This document shows positions 10,363 through 18,798 of a stretch of DNA of 64,000 bases, in pieces. Position numbers and translations under genes: made by a program. Position 1 is the first letter of the stretch. Each line of letters starts with the position of its first letter. The notes beneath the pieces are model-generated. The model made no database searches. It saw nothing but the letters and a program-made list of their open reading frames with translations, and was not told the DNA's origin. Origin of the DNA: a virus (taxonomy: Duplodnaviria; Caudoviricetes); the IMG/VR virus record IMGVR_UViG_3300031813_000003, positions 32,001-96,000 of that record, one strand, 5' to 3'.

Positions 10363-10668
10363 ATGAAACAAATTAAAATTGAAAGAATTAAAAAAGAAAA
10401 CGTAAAAACCATCATCAATGAAATTCCATTTACTGCATTTTGGGGGTGTACTTTTAGAAAAGCAGATGGAACTATCCGTAGAATTAACTGTAACAAATCA
10501 ATTTCAAAAGGTCTTAAGAATCCTAGGGTTCCAAAAGTTCTAACGGATAATAACTTCATCAATGTTTATGATGTAAATGCTGCAAATGGAAAGGGTGGTT
10601 ACCGTATGGTAAACATTAATACCATAGCTGATATTCGTAGCAATGGTAAATTATACATTGTTGTCTAA
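10363..10668 (+). CDS. SH3-barrel/WYL_2 (DUF2693)-like protein, paralogue 1
   Basis: F.CTFRKADGTIRRINC...INVYDV...GYRMVNINTI, shared with 53780 and 54396. Confidence 0.55.
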   Translation: MKQIKIERIKKENVKTIINEIPFTAFWGCTFRKADGTIRRINCNKSISKGLKNPRVPKVLTDNNFINVYDVNAANGKGGYRMVNINTIADIRSNGKLYIVV

Positions 10669-10684
10669 GTAAAAATTGAATCAA

Positions 10685-10721
10685 ACAGAGAGGGCAATGG
10701 ATTGTCTATTGCCCTCTCTGT
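10685..10721 (+). terminator. Strong hairpin (terminator or processing signal)
   Basis: ACAGAGAGGGCAATGGA-TTG-TCTATTGCCCTCTCTGT; no T tail. Confidence 0.6.
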
Positions 10722-10736
10722 GCTAGGAGAAAAATA

Positions 10737-11720
10737 TTGATTTCTTACTCAAAAACAGAACTACTTAACATTTTAGAAGCACACGAAAAGATAAACGGAA
10801 CCTTACCAACAAGAAGAGTACTAAGAAAATCTGGTCTGTCTGAAGGACCATTTATAAGAGTATTCGGAAGCTTTAGTGCAGCAAAAGAGTATTATAACCA
10901 AAGCAAACTAAGTGTTCAGCTTGATGATATCTGGATTAAAAAATCAGACATAGTTCAATTCTATCCTACCACTCTTGTCATACCTGATGCCCACGTATCT
11001 CCTGATCAAGATAACTCCAGATTTGTCATACTAAATAAACTAATTCTGGATAGAAAGCCTGATTATATCATCTTCATGGGTGACTTCGTTACCTTGGAAA
11101 GTCTGTCTAATTGGGACTTGAATAAAGCTGGTGTAATGGAAGGACGTAGATATCAAATGGATATCGAAGCAGGGCAACAAGCTCTGGAACTTACATTAAA
11201 AAATGTTAAACAAACTTATAGTCCTACTATCATCTACCTCCACGGTAATCATGAGACAAGGCTAGATCGTTATGTTGAAAGTAAACCAGAACTGAAAGAT
11301 CATCTTGACCTTAACAAAGATTTAAACCTGAAAGGTTATGGCGTTGATGTTATTGTGCAGTATCGTGAATACTACACCATTGAAGGAACACAGTTTACCC
11401 ACTCACCTATGAATGCAGCAAACCAAGCACTGTCTGGAAAGTTTGCAATTCATAGAGCATCAGAAATGACACAGAACAGTTTAGTATTTGCCCACTCACA
11501 TAGAAAAGAATATGTTAACTTCTATCGTCATGGGTCTGATGATATCGTTCAGGTTATGATGTGTGGGGCTTTCTTCGAACATACTGACTCCTACGCACAC
11601 GGCGGGCTTAATGCCTACTGGAGGGGCTGTATGCTCCTTAATCACTGGAAAAAAGGAAGGTTCGATGCTGAAGAATTCTCCCTTGAGAGGATGAAACAAA
11701 TATATGGATTATCATTATAA
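10737..11720 (+). CDS. Calcineurin-like metallophosphoesterase with N-terminal HTH-like repeat
   Basis: PDAH, MGDF, GNHE, THS, AHSH motifs; N-terminal 'FIRVFGSFSAAKE' repeat. Confidence 0.85.
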   Translation: MISYSKTELLNILEAHEKINGTLPTRRVLRKSGLSEGPFIRVFGSFSAAKEYYNQSKLSVQLDDIWIKKSDIVQFYPTTLVIPDAHVSPDQDNSRFVILNKLILDRKPDYIIFMGDFVTLESLSNWDLNKAGVMEGRRYQMDIEAGQQALELTLKNVKQTYSPTIIYLHGNHETRLDRYVESKPELKDHLDLNKDLNLKGYGVDVIVQYREYYTIEGTQFTHSPMNAANQALSGKFAIHRASEMTQNSLVFAHSHRKEYVNFYRHGSDDIVQVMMCGAFFEHTDSYAHGGLNAYWRGCMLLNHWKKGRFDAEEFSLERMKQIYGLSL

Positions 11721-11994
11721 TAAACTAACACCAGCTGAAGCTGAACGTTTAGCAATTCTATCAGAAGAGTGTGGGGAAGTTATTCAAATAATTGGTAAAA
11801 TACTTCGTCATGGATACAAAAGCTCACACCCTGAGGGTGGACCTACAAATAGGAAATTACTTGCTTTTGAAATTGGTGATGTAATAACGGCTGTATTAAT
11901 GATGACCGAAATAGAAGATATTAATAATAATATTATAGATGAACGTGTGGAGTATAAATTAGAAAAAATAAAAAAATATTTACACCATCAATAG
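11704..11994 (+). CDS. MazG-like NTP pyrophosphohydrolase
   Basis: LSEECGEVIQIIGKILRHG...LAFEIGDV. Confidence 0.85.
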   Translation: MDYHYNKLTPAEAERLAILSEECGEVIQIIGKILRHGYKSSHPEGGPTNRKLLAFEIGDVITAVLMMTEIEDINNNIIDERVEYKLEKIKKYLHHQ

Positions 11995-11998
11995 ATAC

Positions 11999-12033
11999 AA
12001 AGAGGGTAATCATTCAATTGGTTACCCTCTTTT
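11999..12033 (+). terminator. Intrinsic terminator
   Basis: AAAGAGGGTAATCA...TGGTTACCCTCTTTT. Confidence 0.8.
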
Positions 12034-12040
12034 CGTTTCA

Positions 12041-12048
12041 TATAAATA
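12041..12048 (+). promoter_or_regulatory. T4-type late promoter for the lysis and internal-protein operon
   Basis: Exact TATAAATA just after a terminator, 27 nt before the holin ATG; gp55 is encoded in the window. Confidence 0.75.
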
Positions 12049-12075
12049 ACTATAAAATAATAAAAGGAATTTATA

Positions 12076-12375
12076 ATGAATCTATTAACATTTTTCAAAA
12101 AGTATGGTGTATTGCTTGCTAGTTGTGGTCTTGGGTTGTTCTTCGTTCCTGATATTGAAACACTCCAAGTGACTCTATTTAGATTTGGTATTATTTCAGC
12201 AATTATGCTTCTTTGGTTGAATATCATTGGTCTAAATAAAGATACTGGTATATTTCCAGATGTTGATCTAAAAGAACTTTTTGACAAAGCTTGTGAATCT
12301 GGTATAGGGGCTGGAATTGCACTATTCGGATTATTAATTATGTTATCAACAATAATTTTCTGTATATCAAAGTAA
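12076..12375 (+). CDS. Putative holin
   Basis: 99 aa, three hydrophobic segments, directly upstream of the lytic transglycosylase. Confidence 0.6.
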   Translation: MNLLTFFKKYGVLLASCGLGLFFVPDIETLQVTLFRFGIISAIMLLWLNIIGLNKDTGIFPDVDLKELFDKACESGIGAGIALFGLLIMLSTIIFCISK

Positions 12376-12377
12376 GT

Positions 12378-13016
12378 ATGAAAATTTTAGTAATATTGAT
12401 CTTACTATTACTAATCCCATTTTCTGTTCCTGGGGATGATATGTTAGTACGATCCAAACCTTACATAGTTATTCTAAAATCAATTTTCAATCAATATTGG
12501 CCTAATGTAGATTGTAAGTATATAGCAGCTGGTCAGGTTGAACAGGAGTCTGATTGGAATCCCAAAGCACATCTTCATACTAAGAGAGAAGATGGTTATG
12601 GGTTGACACAGATAACAGTTACTCCTAGGTTCAATAACTTCAAAAATGCTGTTGATCTAAAACCACTGAAGTCATGGCACTGGAAGAATGATAAGTATAA
12701 TCCAACATATCAATTGACTTTTCTTGTCCTAGAAGACCGATCAAATTTCAATATGGTAGGGCATCTTCTGAAAGGTGATGCAGAGATATGGAAAGGTGTT
12801 CTTGTATCATATAACGCAGGATATGGAAGGCTGGAACGTAGGCATCAATACGCAGTTGCAAAAGGATTACCTCATGACTGCTGGACAGGTGGATTAGAAC
12901 TAGCACATGGAAGAACTGAAGATACAAAACTTTATGGGGAAACTCTCTGGAAGACAGTGAATGCTTACCCTGTATTAATATTCAAGAAAGCTGAAAAATA
13001 CAAAGGTGAATTATGA
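12378..13016 (+). CDS. Lytic transglycosylase (SLT) endolysin with N-terminal signal/SAR
   Basis: GQVEQES.WNP.A, GYGLTQIT, SYNAGYG. Confidence 0.85.
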   Translation: MKILVILILLLLIPFSVPGDDMLVRSKPYIVILKSIFNQYWPNVDCKYIAAGQVEQESDWNPKAHLHTKREDGYGLTQITVTPRFNNFKNAVDLKPLKSWHWKNDKYNPTYQLTFLVLEDRSNFNMVGHLLKGDAEIWKGVLVSYNAGYGRLERRHQYAVAKGLPHDCWTGGLELAHGRTEDTKLYGETLWKTVNAYPVLIFKKAEKYKGEL

Positions 13017-13369
13017 GATACATGTCATTCAATCAATATCTAACAGAAATGTCAACACATATTGGAGATGTTGAATTTAGATTCTCTAATCACTTTTCTG
13101 ATAGGGTGAAAGAACGCTCAGTCATTACCCCTGATGATTTGAATACTTTATTAGCTAATATTAGAAAGAAGTTAACTGATCTACCGGCTGTTGGTGAATT
13201 CCTTTTCTATTCTAAGAGACTTGCCCAAGGGGTTATTGCAGCATGGGACTCATTTAGAAATCGAATAAGTCTCATTACTTTCCTGCCAAAAAATAAACAT
13301 TTCGCAAAGCCTGGGACTGAAACTGTGGTTCTTGAATCTATTACATATCAAATAATCTATATAGACTAA
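13013..13369 (+). CDS. Putative head-internal protein, BECR/RelE-like nuclease fold
   Basis: Leader MSFNQYLTE|; FSNHFSDRVKER...ISLITF. Confidence 0.45.
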   Translation: MRYMSFNQYLTEMSTHIGDVEFRFSNHFSDRVKERSVITPDDLNTLLANIRKKLTDLPAVGEFLFYSKRLAQGVIAAWDSFRNRISLITFLPKNKHFAKPGTETVVLESITYQIIYID

Positions 13370-13377
13370 GGACTCCA

Positions 13378-13923
13378 ATGTTATCCTTTAAACAGTTTAT
13401 AACTGAAGATGCTGATGTAGATACTCAACTCAAAAAACTAGGGCTTAGAAGGGGTGGTATGGGGTTTCCAGTGGGTAAAGTGATTGGTGGTTGTGTGTAC
13501 CTTCACAAACAATATGAGAATGAACTTCCACAAGATTTCTTAGCCAATGCCAAATCAAAACTCCCTAAAGGATTTCACTACGACACATTGAAGTTCGATC
13601 CTAAATCAAAGTCAATCACATTCTTCAGGGTAGATGATTTCGATACTAATCATGAACCAATCATTGATGAATATGTTACTGTTAAGCCTAATTCTGACGG
13701 TGTTAAAGTTGTTACTGATGGAAACACAGTTTATCACCATAAATGGCAATGGGTAGGCCCTGACTATAAAGGGTTTGATGTTGAGAAGAACAAAGCTAGA
13801 AGTGCAAAATGGTATGGGTTGACGGATGCTGATATCGGCCAGGAGAAATATAAATGTAAGATTGGTAAGAATAGTTTCTGGCAACAGCATGTTGTTGATA
13901 AATTTCTAAAGGATGATGAATGA
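13378..13923 (+). CDS. Putative head-internal protein resembling the accessory domain of the phosphorothioation-associated methyltransferase
   Basis: Leader MLSFKQFITE|; GKVIGGCVYLHK, ITFF..DDFDT..EP, VYHHKWQWV..DY.GFDV. Confidence 0.5.
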   Translation: MLSFKQFITEDADVDTQLKKLGLRRGGMGFPVGKVIGGCVYLHKQYENELPQDFLANAKSKLPKGFHYDTLKFDPKSKSITFFRVDDFDTNHEPIIDEYVTVKPNSDGVKVVTDGNTVYHHKWQWVGPDYKGFDVEKNKARSAKWYGLTDADIGQEKYKCKIGKNSFWQQHVVDKFLKDDE

Positions 13924-14600
13924 AACTAAAATCATTTACACAATTCATAACTGAGGCTATAACATCACCTACTGACAACCCAAAATTCACAAAATGGTTT
14001 GGTAGTTCTAAAGTTGTAGATGATCAGGGCAATCCATTGGTTGTATATCATGGGACTGCTAAAGAGTTTACTGCTTTTATGTCAGATGATAATCAGAAAA
14101 CTTTTGGTTCTAGATATAGTGGAATGAAAGGATCATTCTTTACAAGTCGCCCAGGTGAAGCAAATCACTATGCAGAACAATCAAGAATCTGGAAAGGTGG
14201 AAATGAACAAGTTCTCCCTGTGTTTCTTAAAATAGAAAATCCTTATATCAGAAAAGGTGGTAAATTCCCAACTCAATGGTTTGATAGTAATTGGGAAGAT
14301 ATTCAAAGAAAGTGTGAATCAAGAGGATATGATGGAATTATTATAACAGGCGGAACTCCTGAGATACCTAGGACTATTTACATCACATTTGAACCTATCC
14401 AAGTGAAATCTGCTATTGGTAATAATGGAAACTTTGATCCATCTAATCCACATATTACCGAAGATAAAAAGATAAATACTATTAATGAATCTTCTAACGA
14501 TTGTAAATATTTTCGTAAAGATACAGAAACCTGTTCTATCAAGAAAAACAAGACATGTAAATATATAGATGACCAAGGAGATTGTAAAGACTATGAGTAA
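13920..14600 (+). CDS. Putative head-internal ADP-ribosyltransferase (ART-PolyVal-like)
   Basis: Leader MKLKSFTQFITE|; FTKWFGSSKVVD..GNPLVVYHGT, FFT, VLPVFLKIENP, GYDGII, QVKSAIGNNGNFD. Confidence 0.75.
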   Translation: MKLKSFTQFITEAITSPTDNPKFTKWFGSSKVVDDQGNPLVVYHGTAKEFTAFMSDDNQKTFGSRYSGMKGSFFTSRPGEANHYAEQSRIWKGGNEQVLPVFLKIENPYIRKGGKFPTQWFDSNWEDIQRKCESRGYDGIIITGGTPEIPRTIYITFEPIQVKSAIGNNGNFDPSNPHITEDKKINTINESSNDCKYFRKDTETCSIKKNKTCKYIDDQGDCKDYE

Positions 14601-15135
14601 GTTTGAAAAATATCTATTAAGTGAAATGGCAACTCCAGATGAACAAGCAATTGCCCAAGCAACTTCAAGAAATACAGGTGCAGTTGGAGCCAAAGCTATT
14701 GTTCCTAGGATGGTAAGACAATATGCAAATAAGAATAAAGATGTAATCCTAGACTTTGGTGCAGGAAAAGCAGCTGCACATACATTGGCTCTTAGAGAAG
14801 AAGGATATAATGTTACAGCATATGACTTTTCACAATCAGAGTTTCATGATCCTACTGCGTTGAATAAGAAATACACTCTAGTATTTGCTTCTAATGTACT
14901 AAACGTCCAAGGGTCAGAAGATATGCTTATGAATGATACTTTAAGACCTATATATAAGGTTCTTCGTCCAGGTGGTAGATTCATTGGTAATCTTCCTTCT
15001 AGCCCTCTTAAAGGTATGTATAAGGGTCTTACTTATAAAGAGTGTGTTGCTCTATTACAGAGTAAACTTGAAGAAGTATTCTCAAGTGTAAAGAGATTAG
15101 AAGGATCAACTCCTGTATGGATGTGTATCAAATGA
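14593..15135 (+). CDS. Putative head-internal SAM-dependent methyltransferase
   Basis: Leader MSKFEKYLLSE|; ILDFGAGK, VTAYDF, VFASNVLNV, VLRPGG. Confidence 0.8.
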   Translation: MSKFEKYLLSEMATPDEQAIAQATSRNTGAVGAKAIVPRMVRQYANKNKDVILDFGAGKAAAHTLALREEGYNVTAYDFSQSEFHDPTALNKKYTLVFASNVLNVQGSEDMLMNDTLRPIYKVLRPGGRFIGNLPSSPLKGMYKGLTYKECVALLQSKLEEVFSSVKRLEGSTPVWMCIK

Positions 15136-15279
15136 GATGCCCAACATGTGGATATAAGAAAACTTCAGTTAGAATGTCTCCTGGGTTCACTCATTTAGTA
15201 ATAGAAGAATGCCCTGATTGTGATACTGTGTATATGATGGATAAAAACATAACAAAAATTTTATTTCAAAGGGATGATC

Positions 15280-15540
15280 ATGACAAATATTCTAAACACA
15301 ATTGAAAAACTATCAGAAGCATATGAAACTTTTGATATTGAAGTTAATGGGAAACTGAAACAGGGTGTTCATAAGAACTATCTTAAAGTTCTAGATGAAA
15401 AAGGTGTTAAATATAAAATTATACCTAAAGATGCCTCTATTCCCAAATCAAAAACTCAACCAGTATCTTCAAAAACTTGGAAATGTAGACGTTGCGGTAA
15501 AATGGTTTCTGATAAAAATCCATGTAGATGTTATGATTAG
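15280..15540 (+). CDS. Small Zn-ribbon protein, possibly head-internal
   Basis: IEKLSE|A leader-like end; CRRC...CRC. Confidence 0.4.
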   Translation: MTNILNTIEKLSEAYETFDIEVNGKLKQGVHKNYLKVLDEKGVKYKIIPKDASIPKSKTQPVSSKTWKCRRCGKMVSDKNPCRCYD

Positions 15541-15575
15541 TTCGTATAGTACGCACTATAACAATCATAAAATAC

Positions 15576-15609
15576 AAAATGCACCAGACCAAAATCTGGT
15601 GCATTTTTT
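15576..15609 (+). terminator. Intrinsic terminator closing the lysis/internal-protein operon
   Basis: AAAATGCACCAGA-CCAAAA-TCTGGTGCATTTTTT. Confidence 0.85.
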
Positions 15610-15851
15610 GTGTCATAAATAAATATAAAAACTAACAGGAGAAACGAAATGGCAATAGAATTTTTAGAAGTAGATATCAATTATAAAACTCTATCTGATG
15701 CTTTGAATAAAAGTAAAGCTAATGAAATTGTTATAATTACATCTGATAATAAATGTTTACTGATCAATGGAACTGCAAAACCATATTCAGGTATCACAGC
15801 ACAAATGGCTAGGAAACTAGCTAAATAAAATACTACAACTGGAGAAGTAAA

Positions 15852-16037
15852 ATGGCATACACTGAATATCTAACAAAATACAAAACTAAAAGAACTGAGG
15901 TTAATGTTTTTTTGTCAGGAAAGAATACAATGTTAACAGGCAAGATATCAGATTTTGATGATACTTGCATTATACTAGATGAATGTTTAATTTTTAGAAT
16001 AAATATAATTTCTATTACACCACAAAAGAAAAGCTAA
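15852..16037 (+). CDS. hfq: Hfq-like Sm-fold protein
   Basis: YL...KTKRTEVNVFLSG..MLTGKISDFDDTCIIL...LIFRINIISITP parallels Hfq FL..[32 protein letters not shown]...MVYKHAISTVVP. Confidence 0.7.
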   Translation: MAYTEYLTKYKTKRTEVNVFLSGKNTMLTGKISDFDDTCIILDECLIFRINIISITPQKKS

Positions 16038-16039
16038 TT

Positions 16040-16591
16040 ATGATTACAACTGGACTATCACTATCAGAGTTTAGAAAGAATGTTTCAGACTTGGCTAGAC
16101 CAAATAGATTTGAGGTTCAAATTACTCCTCCATCTGCGTTTGACTCATATACTGATGGTCAATTCAAGATGTTATCTTGGCTTGCAGAATCAGCACAAAT
16201 TCCTTCTAGGACACAAGGTGAAATTCCAATTAAATTTCATGGAATGGAATTAAAACTCCCAGGAGACTATGCTAAAGAAAATCTTACTATTGGATTTATA
16301 AATTCATATGGTTGGGAAGGAAGATCATTCTTCGATTCATGGATGGAATATATTCAATATATCAATGACGATAACTCAAGAAATTCTGCATATGATATGA
16401 TAGTAGATTCACAAATTGTTATTAATCAACTAGGAAGAACCATGAATGATATATTAGCTTCATATATATACTATAATGTGTTTCCTACTAGTTTATCAGC
16501 AATAGATTTGAACATGTCTGAAAACGATTCTATTGAAAAATTTACAGTAACTTTTTCATATTCTCATGTAGTACCATATGAGGCTACCTAA
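16040..16591 (+). CDS. gp19: Tail tube protein (gp19-like)
   Basis: DLARPNRFEV, AQIPS...GEIPIKFHG.ELKLPGD, IEKFTVTFSY. Confidence 0.8.
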   Translation: MITTGLSLSEFRKNVSDLARPNRFEVQITPPSAFDSYTDGQFKMLSWLAESAQIPSRTQGEIPIKFHGMELKLPGDYAKENLTIGFINSYGWEGRSFFDSWMEYIQYINDDNSRNSAYDMIVDSQIVINQLGRTMNDILASYIYYNVFPTSLSAIDLNMSENDSIEKFTVTFSYSHVVPYEAT

Positions 16592-17271
16592 TGGCTAGAC
16601 GATCATTGATAGTTCCACATAAATCAACATTTAATCCATTGACAAATGTTTTGAATGACTCTGAGGATAATGGGGTATTTCCATATAATCTTCAGGATGA
16701 ACCAAATCCAATAGATTCATCTACAATGTTTCATGTCAATTATTTGAAACAACAGTTCAGTGATCTTGCTAGACCAAATCAATTTAAGATTATGATTGTT
16801 CCCCCTGAACCACTCAAATCAGATTGGGATATGACTAATGGAAACTTGATGGTATTGGCTAAATCAACTAAAATCCCTAGTATGACTGTTAAAGATTATA
16901 TGTATCAAAGAGCAGGGCAGAAATTATATATACCTACAGGTGAAGTTGAACACGGAGATGCTTCAATAACATTCTATAATGATTCCGATTTTAGTCTTAG
17001 AACTATGTTCAATCGTTGGATGAGATTGGGATTACATAATTGGGAATATAATATAGGATCAATCCCTAAATTGGCATTGGATGGGATGGTTATGATTTAC
17101 CATTATGACTATAGTTTAAAACCAGTATATGCGGTTAAGCTTATGAATGCTTGGCCCAAGCATGTATCTGAAATTGAGTTAAGCCAGGATACAGAAAATA
17201 CAGCTGAAGAATTTACTGTTGAGTTTAACTATAGTTATCAGGAAATTTATAAAAATATAGGGGATCAGTGA
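16591..17271 (+). CDS. Second tube-fold protein (gp19/gp54-like)
   Basis: DLARPNQFKI, NAWPKHVSEIELSQDTENTAEEFTVEFNY. Confidence 0.75.
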   Translation: MARRSLIVPHKSTFNPLTNVLNDSEDNGVFPYNLQDEPNPIDSSTMFHVNYLKQQFSDLARPNQFKIMIVPPEPLKSDWDMTNGNLMVLAKSTKIPSMTVKDYMYQRAGQKLYIPTGEVEHGDASITFYNDSDFSLRTMFNRWMRLGLHNWEYNIGSIPKLALDGMVMIYHYDYSLKPVYAVKLMNAWPKHVSEIELSQDTENTAEEFTVEFNYSYQEIYKNIGDQ

Positions 17272-17888
17272 TGAGTGATACAACTTCATATCTACATTGG
17301 TTAAATGCAGATTGGATAAAAGAGAATTCATCCATTGGTGATAATCAGGGTCTTCCATTTACAGATAGATTTGTGTGTTTACTAAATGCACCTAAAGGAA
17401 ATCTAAGAAAAAATGGTTGGCTTGAGCTTCAGGTAATGTCGGTTGAATTGCCAAGTTTCAACATTGAACCATCAGAATTAGAATTAAATGGTGCCAGGAG
17501 ATTCTATTTTACTAAGAGGGGTGATACAGAACTTAGTATTACCTTCCTAGAAACGCCAGATTTGCTTCTCAGGAGGTTTTTTTACTCATGGATGCAGTTG
17601 GCTATTGATGTGAGTGATAATGGCGTTACAAGAGGGTATATGAGCGATTATATGCCTATTCCTTCTGAGTTTGTAATCTTCCCTGTTGACTTCAACGGAA
17701 CCGCTAGATATGCAGACCGATTTGTTAACGTATTTCCATATGATATATCAAGCATCAGTTATAATTTCGCCCAGGCTGGAGAATTATTAAAGACTACAGT
17801 TAAGTTTAAATATATGTATCACTACTTAACATCTATAATGGATTCTACACCATATCATGATTCAGAAACCCCAGGAATGGGAAACTAA
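17268..17888 (+). CDS. Third tube-fold protein (gp54-like tube initiator)
   Basis: SVELPS, LSITFLE, RRFFYSWM, NVFPYDISSISY...TVKFKY. Confidence 0.65.
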   Translation: MMSDTTSYLHWLNADWIKENSSIGDNQGLPFTDRFVCLLNAPKGNLRKNGWLELQVMSVELPSFNIEPSELELNGARRFYFTKRGDTELSITFLETPDLLLRRFFYSWMQLAIDVSDNGVTRGYMSDYMPIPSEFVIFPVDFNGTARYADRFVNVFPYDISSISYNFAQAGELLKTTVKFKYMYHYLTSIMDSTPYHDSETPGMGN

Positions 17889-17906
17889 CCAATAAAGGAA
17901 AATAAA

Positions 17907-18617
17907 ATGCTACCAGATATCAGTTCAGAAAACTCTTTCATCAAAACTAAATTACCTTCTACCAAATCAATTGGAGTTTGTGGATGGTTTGTTAAAGAAG
18001 AAAAAGACCTTCTATTTGCACTTGAAGTTGATGAAAACTCAGAAAATACAAAAATTACACATATCATAAATCTTCTAAGAGAATGTGTAGATGATAAGAA
18101 TAAATTTAAAACTTTATCAGAAAATGATTTAATCAAAGTTGCAATTGAAGCTAGAAAATTATCAAAGGGTGATACTATAGAATATAATTATACTTGCCCT
18201 AAATGTGGCAACAAATTCTTTGATGAAGTGAATATAACCAAAGAACAAGTTGTTAAATTCTTTGATGTTACTCCTTTAGTTGTAAATGATAAAATGACGG
18301 TAACATTTAAAGATTTAGATTGGGTAAGAGTTGAGGAACTTTATAAAACAGCTGATAGTGAATCAAAATTTGCTTTCAAATTAATCATCAATTCTATTGA
18401 TTCGATCACATATAAGGGAACAACTCATACAGAATTTACCCCTGATGAAGTTGAGGTATTTATTGGTCAACTAAAATCAAATGATATGAAAATTATAACT
18501 GATGGTTATGAACAAAGACTTTCATCTTGTAGCCTAGAAAGAAAAGTTAAATGTGTAAAATGTAAAGAAGAAATTGATATCAATTTCGGAGATTTTCTAA
18601 GTTTTTTAGTTTTATAA
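17907..18617 (+). CDS. gp26: Baseplate hub assembly protein (gp26-like)
   Basis: KLPST......FVKEEKDLL.A, ARKLSKGD.I...YTCPKC, C-terminal CVKC...FLSF. Confidence 0.8.
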   Translation: MLPDISSENSFIKTKLPSTKSIGVCGWFVKEEKDLLFALEVDENSENTKITHIINLLRECVDDKNKFKTLSENDLIKVAIEARKLSKGDTIEYNYTCPKCGNKFFDEVNITKEQVVKFFDVTPLVVNDKMTVTFKDLDWVRVEELYKTADSESKFAFKLIINSIDSITYKGTTHTEFTPDEVEVFIGQLKSNDMKIITDGYEQRLSSCSLERKVKCVKCKEEIDINFGDFLSFLVL

Positions 18618-18796
18618 TCTTTGATCAAAGCATATCTACTATCTACACAATGATTCATACAATGAAGAAAGAGGGTGGATATGATATAGATGAAATTTAT
18701 AAAATGTATCCCTTTGAGATGGATATATTCCATTCATTATGTATCAAAGATATAAAAGATAGAATAGAAGCTAAAAAAGCAGCAGCAAGAGGATAA
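18602..18796 (+). CDS. gp51: gp51-like small ORF in the -1 frame of gp26 (ATG 18650 or frameshift extension)
   Basis: GYDIDEIYKMYPFEMDIF resembles gp51-like 'YSLTEIENMMPWERDIY'; frame open from slippery T TTT TTA at 18602. Confidence 0.7.
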   Translation, partial: FFSFIIFDQSISTIYTMIHTMKKEGGYDIDEIYKMYPFEMDIFHSLCIKDIKDRIEAKKAAARG

Positions 18797-18798
18797 CA

